A stretch of DNA of 64,000 nucleotides from an uncultured Methanoregulaceae archaeon (GCA_963841015.1 CAWJAX010000003.1:288001-352000), one strand, 5' to 3'. Positions 1 to 10,225 are shown, counted from the stretch's first letter. Notes: a model not told the origin generated them from the sequence alone. Program-made: numbers and translations.

Positions 1-171
1 TCGGGCTGGCGGAGATCCGTGCCCCGCTCTATCGCCCGCGATGTAGCTTCGGGTGTGTTTGCCAGGAATACAAGTACCTTTGGCCACATTTCTTTTGGTT
101 CCAATCTCAATGAGGAGGTTTGCAAATTCCTCCTCTTTTTCAGTAAAATACATCACATTTTCAGTTCTCAT
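1..171 (-). CDS. ArsR/MarR-like winged-helix transcriptional regulator of methanogens (5' part, runs off window; 1-nt frameshift near 78)
   Basis: Manual translation from ATG 171: MRTENVMYFTEKEEEFANLLIEIGTKRNVAK. Removing one base next to GTAC (74-77) continues as VLVFLANTPEATSRAIERGTDLRQPE, a typical methanogen HTH regulator motif. Not in the ORF track. Confidence 0.75.
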   Translation of the reverse strand, partial: MRTENVMYFTEKEEEFANLLIEIGTKRNVAKGTCIPGKHTRSYIAGDRAGHGSPPAR

Positions 172-366
172 GAATCACATCCGGAATATAAACAATAATT
201 TTACACATCTATTATGTAAGTATCGATATATAGGCTTCTTTATTGTTAGGCGATTGACAAAAGATTTATATATTTAACTTTATTAATTTCTTCGGTGACT
301 TTGTCAGGATATATAAAGAATATTCAATAGAAATTACCAATTGCTAAAGCAGATGGTATAAAAAAA

Positions 367-930
367 TTATGAGATCAAACCGAGGCTGCGGAGATCTGAC
401 AGGATCTTGACAACAGCTTTTTTGGCGTCATCAGGTTCCTTACCGCCAGTGATAATCAATTTGCCAGACCCGAAAAGAAGAACCACCACTTTAGGGACGT
501 CAAGGCGGTAAACAAGTCCGGGGAATTGTTCCGGTTCATATTCGATCTTATCAAGGTTGAATCCGACAGCAATCTTATTCAGGTTAATAGGTGTTGCGAG
601 ATCGGCAGACGTTACAATATTCTGGATCTTGTATTCAAGTTTCTTGGGGATATCAATGCCAAGTTCCCGCAGCTTATCTCCCAGAATATTCAGACCTTTG
701 CTTAAGCTGCTGACGCTCTTTGCACCAGTGAGCACCACTTTACCTGAACCAAATACAAGCGCTGCGATCTTGGGATCCTGCATACGGAGAACAACGCCGG
801 GGAACCGCTTTTTGTTATATTCGGCGCCATCAATCTTCGATGCAAGCATGGGTAGATCCAGATAATCAGTCACCTTGGCTGATGCGACAATGTTTTCGAT
901 CTTGAGGGAATCTTCCGGCCTGACCTTCAT
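367..930 (-). CDS. tbp: TATA-box binding protein
   Basis: Two TBP repeats (IENIVAS...YNKKRFPGVVLR...LVFGSGKVVLTGAKS; IQNIVTS...YEPEQFPGLVYR...LLFGSGKLIITGGK). Start placed at ATG 930, with a TTTAAATA box ~25 nt upstream. Confidence 0.97.
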   Translation of the reverse strand: MKVRPEDSLKIENIVASAKVTDYLDLPMLASKIDGAEYNKKRFPGVVLRMQDPKIAALVFGSGKVVLTGAKSVSSLSKGLNILGDKLRELGIDIPKKLEYKIQNIVTSADLATPINLNKIAVGFNLDKIEYEPEQFPGLVYRLDVPKVVVLLFGSGKLIITGGKEPDDAKKAVVKILSDLRSLGLIS

Positions 931-1384
931 ATTTATAAATGCCACAAAACAGTATTTAAAAAGTTGGGTTAGTTTTTCTTTGTTCAATACATATTCCAGG
1001 AATCCCCTGATCAGTTCCCCGTATTCATACGCGGTAAACCGGGTTCATCTTTTTCCGACGCCGTTTTTCGGCTCTATTGTACAAACCGGTCCTGAAGATC
1101 ATGGCAGTCGGATAGAGAGGGAATCTTCCCGGAGAGGGAAATTCATTGATCGGCATATCACTGTGCGAATGACTGATACAAAAAAGGCAGATAGAGCGAT
1201 GATACTGCCTTTTGCTAAAATCAGGTCTCCCGGATTGCTTCCCCGATAAGCGCCGGAGGAGAAACGCAGCGCGCTTTCATTGTTGCTGTTCCGGTCAATT
1301 GTCCGGCGACGCTGTAATTGGATTGCCCGTGCACAAAAGAGCATACCCACACGTGCAGATAGTGTTCAATTTACTGGAATTTTA

Positions 1385-1673
1385 GCTCCGGAATTCCTTT
1401 TACTTTTATATGAAATTCAGTATGCTGGTACGATGACAGAGGAGACAGGCCTGTTCCCCCATACCGACCCTGCGCTGAGCGATGATGACGTAGTACCTGT
1501 TCGGGGGTTATCGCATCTGGGAAGCCCCCGCGGCGGATCAGGAACAACCAATTCAAAAAAAATCCTGCCCTTCGTGCCTCTCAAGAGGCCCTGAGGCGGG
1601 GTTCCATCGTATACATTATGATTTTCATGGTTCTCCGAGTGAAACACAATAGATTCATGCCCGTTTCTCCAGA
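1385..1673 (+). repeat. Dispersed MITE-like repeat, copy R1: module A (3'-truncated) fused to module C
   Basis: Aligns by eye to 56586-57035 and 23099-23489. The end of A and all of B are deleted at a GCC microhomology (~1526). Ends in TTCTCCAGA. Confidence 0.9.
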
Positions 1674-1938
1674 ATCGGAAAAAAATTACTATGATTTTGA
1701 TAAGACGCTGTGGACACCAGTTCAGGAACATATTTTAGCATCTGATGGAATGGAGTTCTGAACCAGATTGACGAAATTGAACCTACGCAATAATAAGAAA
1801 TGCTTTGCATCGCTGCCTTGCCAGACTATATCAGGTATCTGGACAGGTAATCCATCAAGGAAGATCCGGGTTCGGTAAAACCTTTAACCCCCTTTCATCG
1901 AATCTTCTGCTCACAACAGGTATCATGGTCGAAACATC

Positions 1939-2196
1939 ATGAAGATGAAAACACAGTATTTCATAATACCCGGGCATGTCACTTTAGATTCAACGTTTCT
2001 GATACGATTTAACGGCCAATATTCGTATTGGGGTAGCAGGTCTAAAAAATGGATTCAGGATCCAACCCTCATTAAACAATCCTGGATCGAGGATTATTTT
2101 ACCCCTGTGTCCGAAAGGGATGCAAAAAAAATTATCCGGGAAGGAGTACCCCTGTCAGATTATCAACGTAAGAATCCCAAACTGACGATACAATAA
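1939..2196 (+). CDS. Hypothetical protein (85 aa)
   Basis: Isolated ORF with ATG start, protein-like composition and a TATA-like CTTTAA at ~1882; no family recognised. Confidence 0.55.
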   Translation: MKMKTQYFIIPGHVTLDSTFLIRFNGQYSYWGSRSKKWIQDPTLIKQSWIEDYFTPVSERDAKKIIREGVPLSDYQRKNPKLTIQ

Positions 2197-2671
2197 TTTA
2201 CCAGAAGAGACATTTTACCGGCGAATTCAGATTTGGAACCTTTAGCAATTACAGGATGCTGCTTTGGGCATCCTTATCTGATCTCCCTATTCGCGCTCAT
2301 CTGGCAGATCGCATGAGGGATAAACCCTCGGGCAAAGAAGCACAACCGGGAAAACGATTAATCGTGTACTGATCTAATTCCCCTGCGTTCCGGAACGGGA
2401 AAACGTGAGCCAGGAGGAAGGGGAAAAAATGATACGATTTTTTGGGTGGTTTTAATCATGCTCCTTGTGCTGGTAGTAATCGGGGGGTGAATATTTACGG
2501 GGGAAATTTCCAACTGGATGAGGAGTGGAATAATCCAATATTCATCAATAAATCTTTTCAGAAAGGTATTAATCCACAATAAGCAGGAAAATTCACGGGT
2601 GGCCTTGTACTTATCTTACCATCTGTTCGAACAGGATGTAATAAAACACAGAATATAAGTATGGTCCGTAT

Positions 2672-2983
2672 TTAGTCGTATTGTCTCCACGTGTGATCGC
2701 ACTTGGTGCAACGAAAGAACCGGACCTCGCTTTCATCAGCCGCACGGAGCTGGCGGAGCCACCATATGGCCAGGTTGTTTGCACACTTGGGGCACTTGAT
2801 CTGGATAGTGGGCATGGTCTTTGCCTGTCCGTCCTCCTCCACAATAACGATCTCATTCTCACTGCGCTCGACCCTGCGCTTCATCTGATCGTTGTCATCA
2901 ACCTTCCGGATATAACCGCATTTCCGGCATTTCAACTGGCCCCCCGACGAAACTAACATACTTTTGCATTCAGGACAGAACAT
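2672..2983 (-). CDS. tfs: Transcription factor S (TFIIS/RpoM-like)
   Basis: N-terminal MFCPECKS...CRKC zinc ribbon and C-terminal CPKC...RAADESEVRFFRCTKCDHTWRQY with the acidic DE hairpin. Confidence 0.93.
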   Translation of the reverse strand: MFCPECKSMLVSSGGQLKCRKCGYIRKVDDNDQMKRRVERSENEIVIVEEDGQAKTMPTIQIKCPKCANNLAIWWLRQLRAADESEVRFFRCTKCDHTWRQYD

Positions 2984-3152
2984 CGGTATAGCATGCGCAA
3001 GCATAGGTGATTAACCCTTTTATCGGGGAAAAACGCATATCCGGCAAAATTCTCCCCAATAGCTTGAAACCTTGCTCTTCAAAGCACAAACAGACTTCAG
3101 ACTGCGTGCTTCTTCAGATTCCTTTTTTTGGTATCGGGTGAATAATTCTATA

Positions 3153-3962
3153 ATGATCGAGTATCTGGTGCTGATCTCCTGTATCGGATTTCTTGCATTC
3201 CTCATACCTGGTCGCCATCGGAAATATGCAGCAATTATCGGGTGGACATTTATTGTTCTCTCCCTGTTCTATGAACTGCCGTATTACCTTTCTTTGAATA
3301 ATTTCCTGTATCCCGTCATGGCAGTCCTCTCAGTGCCGTTCCTTATCATTACGGCAGGATATCTCCTTGCCGGGGATGAACGGGTGATGGCCCTATCCCG
3401 TGCAGCAGCTGTCGCATTCCTGATCTATGCCCCGTTCGAATATATCCCCGCCCTGGGTGACTGGCTCATAGGAATTGTCGTGGGGCAGGTTGTCTGGATC
3501 CTCGATGCCCTCAATTACCCGGTTACTCTTACAGAATGGAATATCATTGCAAGAAACACATTCCGGGTTGAGATTATCCTTGCCTGTACCGGTATCCAGA
3601 GCATCGCAATCATGCTGGGTGTCGCAGCATCAGTACCGACAACGTTCCGTCAGAAAGTATATGCCTTCCTCATTATTGTTCCGACCATCTATTTCCTGAA
3701 CCTGCTGCGGAACGCTTTTGTCATTATCGCTTATACCGAACAATGGTTTCCGTATTACCCGGAAATTGCCAGCAACGGCGAGTTCGGATACGAAAGTTTT
3801 TTCTGGGCACACAATGTAATCGCAGAACTTCTTGCGCTGGTGTGTCTCGTTTTCATTGCATACGGACTTTTTACCATTATACCAAAACTGGGTGTTTTTG
3901 CCGACGACCTTTACCAGCTTTATTCCGGTGAGATCAGGAAAGCGTTCGGTAAAGGTAAATAA
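3153..3962 (+). CDS. artA: Archaeosortase A
   Basis: Multi-TM protein with IILACTGIQS (catalytic Cys), LNLLRN (Arg) and SFFWAHNVIAE motifs. Confidence 0.9.
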   Translation: MIEYLVLISCIGFLAFLIPGRHRKYAAIIGWTFIVLSLFYELPYYLSLNNFLYPVMAVLSVPFLIITAGYLLAGDERVMALSRAAAVAFLIYAPFEYIPALGDWLIGIVVGQVVWILDALNYPVTLTEWNIIARNTFRVEIILACTGIQSIAIMLGVAASVPTTFRQKVYAFLIIVPTIYFLNLLRNAFVIIAYTEQWFPYYPEIASNGEFGYESFFWAHNVIAELLALVCLVFIAYGLFTIIPKLGVFADDLYQLYSGEIRKAFGKGK

Positions 3963-4566
3963 TCCTCTGGACCGCAGAAAGGTTCGTACCTATGGCAATA
4001 ATGATAACCGATACCCAGATATATCCTGAAATACCCCCAAGAATCAGCACAAGGAACGTTTCAGGTCTGCCAAAAAATCCTACACCTTCAAGCGGATCAT
4101 CAATTTTGCCTTCCACTTTTTCCCGGTATCCAATCTCGGCATAGACCACCGGTTTTATGAACGTGTTCATCAGCGATCCGATGATTGCAAATGCTACGAT
4201 GGCAAAATCCGCATATGGGGGTACCGCGATGAACTGACTGACTATCGCTATACCGGACAGTCCAACACCAAGCAACACGAGCGCATCGACGTATTTATCG
4301 ACAATCCAGTCAAAAACCGCCCCGAAATTAGAATGTGAATTGGTCTTCCGGGCTACACTTCCGTCAACAAGGTCAAAAACCGCAGACAGGAACAGTGCCA
4401 GGCTTCCCCAGATAAACCGGCCCTGGAAAAAGAGATAAGCGCAGGCAATTCCCGCCAGCAGGGCGAGCAATGATATCTGGTTGGGAGTGATTCCAAGCCT
4501 TACAAAAACATCTGCCACCGGCTCAAGATACCGTATAAACCTTGGGCGGAGTGCAGTAATGTTCAT
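3934..4566 (-). CDS. CDP-alcohol phosphatidyltransferase (archaetidylinositol-phosphate synthase-like)
   Basis: TPNQIS and DLVDGSVAR...FGAVFDWIVDKYVD signature. Confidence 0.9.
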   Translation of the reverse strand: MNITALRPRFIRYLEPVADVFVRLGITPNQISLLALLAGIACAYLFFQGRFIWGSLALFLSAVFDLVDGSVARKTNSHSNFGAVFDWIVDKYVDALVLLGVGLSGIAIVSQFIAVPPYADFAIVAFAIIGSLMNTFIKPVVYAEIGYREKVEGKIDDPLEGVGFFGRPETFLVLILGGISGYIWVSVIIIAIGTNLSAVQRIIYLYRTLS

Positions 4567-4731
4567 AACTTAACTGATGAGTATGAAAGCCATTAATAGT
4601 TGCTGTCTCACGTCAACTGACACCCCTTTTAAGAATACAACGTTGAATGGTAAATTCCCGGTTACCCTCATCGCCACTATCGTCAGCTTCTTTATATCAC
4701 CCAACCAATGTAACCTTAGGCAGGAATAGCG

Positions 4732-5418
4732 ATGACTGATAAGAAGGACCGTCCGCATGTGCTGATGATGTCGGAGATCACCGCAGATGGGAAACTTACC
4801 CTCAAGAAAGGAGCATCCTCAAAAATCCTGATGAAATACATGGCGCACGAGACCGAGATCCTGCTTCACACAACCCGGGCTGAATATGATGCGATTATGG
4901 TCGGTGCCAACACTATCCGGATCGACAATTCATTTCTCACTGTCAGGTTGGTATCGGGTAAGAGCCCGTTGCGGGTGATCCCGTGCAGCATGGCTGACCT
5001 TCCGCTTGATTCGAATGTACTGGGTCCTGATGCCCCTACTGCGATCGCGGTTTGTGAGGCAGCAGAAAAAGAGCGGGTTGAGGCAATCAGGAAGAAAGGG
5101 GTTCATATTATTGTAGCCGGAAAAACCCATGTCGAGCTTCCCCTTCTCTTAAAAATCCTCAAACATAAATTCGGGGTGAACAAGCTGATGATTGAAGGGG
5201 GACCAACCCTGAACTGGCACATGCTCCACGACAGACTTGTGGATGAGATACGTCTTATCCACCTGCCATTCATAGTAGGAGGATCCGACACTCCATCCCT
5301 GGTTGGGGGTATGCATATCAATACCGAAGATGAGATGATCCGTCTGGACCTGAAGAAATATTATATGTGCGGAAGCAATCTCGTCTCAGAATTTGACATT
5401 CTTTATCCCAAGGGGTAA
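4732..5418 (+). CDS. RibD C-terminal/Rib7-type pyrimidine reductase (DHFR-like fold)
   Basis: RPHV...ITADGKL, DAIMVGANTIRIDN and LMIEGGPTLN motifs. Confidence 0.85.
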   Translation: MTDKKDRPHVLMMSEITADGKLTLKKGASSKILMKYMAHETEILLHTTRAEYDAIMVGANTIRIDNSFLTVRLVSGKSPLRVIPCSMADLPLDSNVLGPDAPTAIAVCEAAEKERVEAIRKKGVHIIVAGKTHVELPLLLKILKHKFGVNKLMIEGGPTLNWHMLHDRLVDEIRLIHLPFIVGGSDTPSLVGGMHINTEDEMIRLDLKKYYMCGSNLVSEFDILYPKG

Positions 5419-5420
5419 CC

Positions 5421-6347
5421 ATGGAGGGTACTATTCCGTCTGATGATGGAACTACAGGCAGCTCCAGTCTTTCTGAGGGTGTGACGGAGGTCAGTACCAT
5501 TCCTTCAGAGAGTATAACGAGAGTCAGTACCCTTTCTTCTGAGGGTGTAACCAGGGACAGTAACCTACCCTCAAAGGGGACCATTCATCCAAAACCCGGG
5601 TCCGATAAGAAATGGTTTTTCATCATTCTGGTCGGCCTCTTTGTTGTCTTCGGCTTAATCGTAGCTGCATATTACTTCTCCCACGATGAGCATATGGGTG
5701 TCACGGTTATACGAATGGAAGGAACTATGGTAACCGGCCAGGCATCTGATGCTGATACCATCGGCAGCGAAGTGATTGGCAGGGAGCTGCGCAATGCTGC
5801 TGATGATCCGATGGTTGAAGCGATTGTGTTACGGGTAAACAGCCCCGGGGGAACACCAGCTGCAGCACAGGAAATTATCCGCGATCTCGATTATGCGAAA
5901 TCAAAAAAGCCGGTTGTCGTTTCAATGGGGGATATGGGAACATCTGCAGCATATTATGTGAGTGCTCATGCAGACAGGATTTACGCAAATCCTGATACGT
6001 TCACTGCCGGAATAGGAGTGATCTGGAAATTTTCCGATATCAGCCGCTGGATGGAAAAGGAAGGATTTAACATCAGCGTCGTCAAATCGGGCAGCAAAAA
6101 AGACATGGGAACGACATCACGCCCAATCTCCGATGAAGAACAACAATATGCACAAAAAATTGTGAACGATAGTTTTGAGAACTTCATCACCGATGTGATC
6201 ACCCATAGACCTATCACCCGATCAGATATTGATGACGGGAGAATTATCCGGGGTGCAGACGCAATAAAGTTAAACATCGTTGATGAAATTGGTAACCTGA
6301 ACGACGCGATCAGTGGTGCAAAAGCCTTGGCCGCATCACGGCATTAA
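5421..6347 (+). CDS. sppA: Signal peptide peptidase SppA (S49) with repetitive N-terminal tail
   Basis: LRVNSPGG, KPVVVSMGDMGTSAAYYVS, GIGVI and KSGSKKDMG motifs; single TM anchor. Confidence 0.9.
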   Translation: MEGTIPSDDGTTGSSSLSEGVTEVSTIPSESITRVSTLSSEGVTRDSNLPSKGTIHPKPGSDKKWFFIILVGLFVVFGLIVAAYYFSHDEHMGVTVIRMEGTMVTGQASDADTIGSEVIGRELRNAADDPMVEAIVLRVNSPGGTPAAAQEIIRDLDYAKSKKPVVVSMGDMGTSAAYYVSAHADRIYANPDTFTAGIGVIWKFSDISRWMEKEGFNISVVKSGSKKDMGTTSRPISDEEQQYAQKIVNDSFENFITDVITHRPITRSDIDDGRIIRGADAIKLNIVDEIGNLNDAISGAKALAASRH

Positions 6348-7618
6348 ATCATCTGGACCGGGTCTGCCTTCATGAACTCACGACATACTGTCGTTGCGTA
6401 ATGGCCGGGGGGTAATGAAAATTTCAGCCGGACATCGTTTTTGTCAAGGTATAATTCTATAGTGGTTTTTAACGCGATGGGGCGCCATGCACCATCGAAT
6501 TTTGTATTGACAAATACCGATGCTTTTTTAAAATCTTCTGCGGTAATGGCATATTTTTCGAGAAGTGCCGCGATTGCCAGATCCCCCTCGCTCTTTACTT
6601 CGAAAGGATCTCTTCCGGGCATGAACAGGGCAATAGTGCACCGCCCGCGCCGGATATGGATGGAGACGGCATTGCTGTTGGTCGAAGTGACACGGTCCGT
6701 CCGCCCATTGGCAAAGATGAGGTGGTCGCCTGCAAGTGGTTCTGAGAGGGTGTTGCCATCATCAAACCGCTGGCTCAGGGCAGAGTTGAAAAGGTACGAC
6801 TGGAATGCAGAGACAAACATTGACAGGAGTTTTGGCGGCAGCTCAAGAAGCGCCCCGGAATAATCATTTGGGTGCATGAACAGGTAATGGAGCATCGCCC
6901 GTTCATAGGACATCTGCTTTGGGAGGTCGTGGAGTGCAGCCGGGATATCATGGGAAGAGAGAAAAGCTGAACGGACAGCCCTGACATTTTCAGGTTCTCC
7001 GGAAAATTCCCTGCCAATATAGGTCATCACGGCCTGTTCAAAATCGCCCCGAAGGATACATTCCCCTACGAGGTGTGTTACCGGACGGGTTGCACCGAAA
7101 CGCTGGATCCCGAAATAATTCGGAATTCCTTGTGCTGCTGTCTCACTGGTCAGGCGGACCCGGGCTTCCAGGTTATCCGGCAGGCAGTCCCGTATGGCTA
7201 TGGAAAACCGGTTTCCCATTAGATCACCTAAAGAGAGTGCTTCGTTTGCCTGACCTACCGGTTCGAGGGTAATATCTTTAAGCCTGACTTCAGAGACCTG
7301 CTCTGGTGTCACCTTGTAGAGGGAGATCAACTGCCGGGTGATAGCGTTGCGATCTTTGGTGCCCGCCCACCCAATCCGCCGGTGACTGATGGCGAGACGT
7401 TTTGCAATTTCTTTGATTGCATGCTGGAGCTCCCAGTTTGTTTTGGTAAGTCTGCAGATAAGATAGGGACCGGTTGTTCCGCCTTTTTTTGGTAACGGTA
7501 TTTCTTCGACGATAAAATCTTCAGCAGTTGCGCGGAGTTTGCCCCCGATACCTTCGGCATCGCTCGCGTAATACTTCATGCCAAGCAGAAGTTCAAGGGG
7601 GAACGTGCTCTGTTTCAT
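6344..7618 (-). CDS. truD: tRNA pseudouridine(13) synthase
   Basis: EDFIVEE, IGWAGTKDRNAITRQ, GNRFSI, PNYFGIQRFG and FSLPPGHYATTVCRE motifs. Confidence 0.95.
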   Translation of the reverse strand: MKQSTFPLELLLGMKYYASDAEGIGGKLRATAEDFIVEEIPLPKKGGTTGPYLICRLTKTNWELQHAIKEIAKRLAISHRRIGWAGTKDRNAITRQLISLYKVTPEQVSEVRLKDITLEPVGQANEALSLGDLMGNRFSIAIRDCLPDNLEARVRLTSETAAQGIPNYFGIQRFGATRPVTHLVGECILRGDFEQAVMTYIGREFSGEPENVRAVRSAFLSSHDIPAALHDLPKQMSYERAMLHYLFMHPNDYSGALLELPPKLLSMFVSAFQSYLFNSALSQRFDDGNTLSEPLAGDHLIFANGRTDRVTSTNSNAVSIHIRRGRCTIALFMPGRDPFEVKSEGDLAIAALLEKYAITAEDFKKASVFVNTKFDGAWRPIALKTTIELYLDKNDVRLKFSLPPGHYATTVCREFMKADPVQMI

Positions 7619-8004
7619 AGCAGGGTGAGCATGCCGGTGATTTTATCGAGATCTTCTGTCCTGGCCGGTCCAAGTCCGAGGGCCGTGATTGTGCCTGGGG
7701 GTATTTCGGTCATACCAGCATCCTGAATCAGGGACGAAGAGACTCCGGCCCTTTCTGCAATCACCTTGAGTTCGTACAGTGTTCTCTCGTCATTTGCCTT
7801 GAGCACCACTTTCTTCTGCCCTTCCGAAAGCCACGCTTTCTGGAGGGTCTTGTCTGCATTGTTATATGCACCGATCGATGCATGCGCCGCCTGGGCACAC
7901 CGCTTGCCGCAGCTCATCTTCACGTCATTTCTGATGATAAGGCACTGTTTGTAACGAAAATCTGTTACGTGCCTGAGTATTTCACTTTGGGGAGTTTTTG
8001 GCAT
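7615..8004 (-). CDS. pth2: Peptidyl-tRNA hydrolase Pth2
   Basis: KMSCGKRCAQAAHA, GQKKVVLK and IQDAGMTEIPPGTITALGLGP motifs. Confidence 0.95.
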   Translation of the reverse strand: MPKTPQSEILRHVTDFRYKQCLIIRNDVKMSCGKRCAQAAHASIGAYNNADKTLQKAWLSEGQKKVVLKANDERTLYELKVIAERAGVSSSLIQDAGMTEIPPGTITALGLGPARTEDLDKITGMLTLL

Positions 8005-8070
8005 GCCAGAATCTCTTTGGTTTATTGTCCGATTAACCTTATCTTTTAAAAAGTGTATACACTATTTGAT

Positions 8071-8232
8071 ATGACTTTGAAAGGAACAACAGCTAAACAT
8101 CCGAATTGCACCAGCACAAAGCACCCGACAGGTACAGGTCCGAAAATGAAGCGATTGTACAAAAGGGATAATCGGAAGTTCAAACCCTGCGCCTGGATCT
8201 GTCCAGATTGCATGAGGGTTAAGGTTGATTGA
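8071..8232 (+). CDS. Small basic Cys-motif (CPDC) protein, 53 aa
   Basis: MTLKGTTAKHPNCTSTKHPTGTGPKMKRLYKRDNRKFKPCAWICPDCMRVKVD; TTTTAAAA at 8044-8051; below the ORF-track cutoff. Confidence 0.65.
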   Translation: MTLKGTTAKHPNCTSTKHPTGTGPKMKRLYKRDNRKFKPCAWICPDCMRVKVD

Positions 8233-8401
8233 TCAGAGTATCAGTCTAGCCCTCCTGACACCTTCGATCCTGAGTCAGGGCAGAAATGCAGGATCAGAAT
8301 CTGCCCTGTTAGTAAACCCCGGGGCATATTTTTTTTGGGGGGATAAAAAGAACAACACGGTTATCCGGGCAATCCTGCTGATGGGAGAAAATCAGGAAAA
8401 A

Positions 8402-9865
8402 TTAAGGAAAATTTCCTTCCTCCTTGACCTTCATGGTCAGGTCAAGAGCACCGTATCCTCCGGTGAATTCAAACGAATAGTTACCACATTCCCTGATTAC
8501 CAGTTGTTTTGGCGTCAGGAAGGAATACGTTCTGCCAATACCATCCTCTGAAACAACTTCTCCGGTATCTTTATTCCTGACAATAATCTCAAACCAGGAA
8601 TCCTCGTAAGGACGGTTGATTTCGAGGTTTTCTTCGTAATAGATATCAAGTATCTTGTATTCCATGTATTTTACGTCAATCAGGTTGTTGGGCGTGACAT
8701 TGTAATCAATCACGAGGGGAGGATTACGAAGGGTGAAGGAGACAAGGGGTAAAACCTGGGATACATTCTGATTCGTCAGCGAGTAAATAGTGACATATCC
8801 CTCTCCATATTTCTGAGCGATTGAAGGTTGCAGAAATTCACGCCTTACCAAATCCGGCGATGCTTTCGGTTCAATCGTAACGTAAGGCGAGATTATTTCT
8901 GAAACGGGAGGTCTTCTTGTATCTGTTATAACAAGAGGGGTATCAGGAAGTGCTGCTGCAAAGTTGCCCGGCGGAACATTTGATGGGATCTGATTATTCA
9001 TGCTTCCTGTTTTTGGAAGTCCCGCTGCACTTGTTACACCAAGAGAAGCATCAGGAAGTGCTGCTGCAGAATTGCCCGGAGGAACATTTGCCGGGATCTG
9101 ATTATTCATGCTTCCCATTATCGGGAGACCGGAATTGGGGGATACAACAATCGGAGCCGAAGCGGAGATCTGGTTAGTATCACTCATGCCCGGGAGGGAA
9201 TCCTGTGCATACAGCGTTGAGGTTATGGACATTAAAATCGGGCAAATTATGATCAAAATAAGAAATATAACCCCGAATGTGAGAGTATTGAATTCTTTTT
9301 CGTGGGGGTTGGATGTTCCGGAGCCTGAAGGTAAAACGTCATAGACTTTTGTTATTGTGCCGGAAGGAGAAGTTGGCGATAATTCATTGATCTTTTCAGT
9401 TGAAGGAATCCATGTGACCTCTTTTGTGACCGTACTTTTTATTGCAACAGGAACGTAACCAGGTATCGGGGGCTTCATCTCATCAATCCATGACGAGGCC
9501 TGTTCGTGTTCCGCATTCTGTTTGAGTATCCTCAACCATTTGAGTATCCTCAACCATGCATCCCGCTCTTTCATCCGCATCCCGGGAGTCTGGGACGAGA
9601 AGGTAAGAATCATCTCCAGAGTTTCGCTGGTGCCTGCCTGAAGAGTCAGTCGTATGATCTGGTCACCTATTGCATCCTCAGCAGCCTCAATATTCCTGAG
9701 CATGAGTAAGGGAATCTCTATTCGCGGCTGGAGATTCACGGTTTTATCAGTCAAAATAATTCTTTTATTGGTAAGTATACCTTCGACAAAGGTTATCGAG
9801 TTAAAAAAAATACCCTGAGTGCGCAGGAGGATGTGTTCATCACTATACAGTTCTGGATCGCCCAT
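8402..9865 (-). CDS. Hypothetical membrane-anchored protein: N-terminal PH-like domain, TM helix, Pro/Ser-rich linker, C-terminal domain
   Basis: MGDPEL...EGILTNKRIIL...ERDAWLR PH-like N-terminus; hydrophobic helix FGVIFLILIIICPILM; internal repeats. Confidence 0.7.
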   Translation of the reverse strand: MGDPELYSDEHILLRTQGIFFNSITFVEGILTNKRIILTDKTVNLQPRIEIPLLMLRNIEAAEDAIGDQIIRLTLQAGTSETLEMILTFSSQTPGMRMKERDAWLRILKWLRILKQNAEHEQASSWIDEMKPPIPGYVPVAIKSTVTKEVTWIPSTEKINELSPTSPSGTITKVYDVLPSGSGTSNPHEKEFNTLTFGVIFLILIIICPILMSITSTLYAQDSLPGMSDTNQISASAPIVVSPNSGLPIMGSMNNQIPANVPPGNSAAALPDASLGVTSAAGLPKTGSMNNQIPSNVPPGNFAAALPDTPLVITDTRRPPVSEIISPYVTIEPKASPDLVRREFLQPSIAQKYGEGYVTIYSLTNQNVSQVLPLVSFTLRNPPLVIDYNVTPNNLIDVKYMEYKILDIYYEENLEINRPYEDSWFEIIVRNKDTGEVVSEDGIGRTYSFLTPKQLVIRECGNYSFEFTGGYGALDLTMKVKEEGNFP

Positions 9866-10225
9866 GCTACGCTCTATTGAGTAAATTACCCAAAAAAACT
9901 TTCTGTTCTGATAAATAACCACGGAAATAACCGGATTATCTAGCAATCAGGGTACCGGAAAACCATTGGCTCTGAATTTCTTTTGTGCATATATTAAATA
10001 ATTTGATATGCAGGTCTGTAACTCTTCAAAATGCCATTTACGGCACGATGAGTTCTCCAAAAGAGTGCTCTTTAATTCTCAATAAAAGGAGAGAAGGGAT
10101 TGATTGTCCACGAGCAGATCTCCGGTTCTGCCGGAAATTTACCTTCACGAAAATTGGTGTTGTCTGACGTTGAGCTGCGCTCCGACCGACTTATTTCCTA
10201 TGGAGAAAGGAGATCACAGGGTTAT

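Noticed and set aside
1000-1380. ORFs 875-1249, 1099-1350 and 1280-1594
   Set aside because: No recognisable motifs; they overlap each other, and two overlap tbp or repeat R1.
2358-2660. Possible small membrane protein gene (+ strand ...DTIFWVVLIMLLVLVVIGG-stop)
   Set aside because: There is no start codon ahead of the hydrophobic segment and an in-frame stop follows it; at most a gene remnant.
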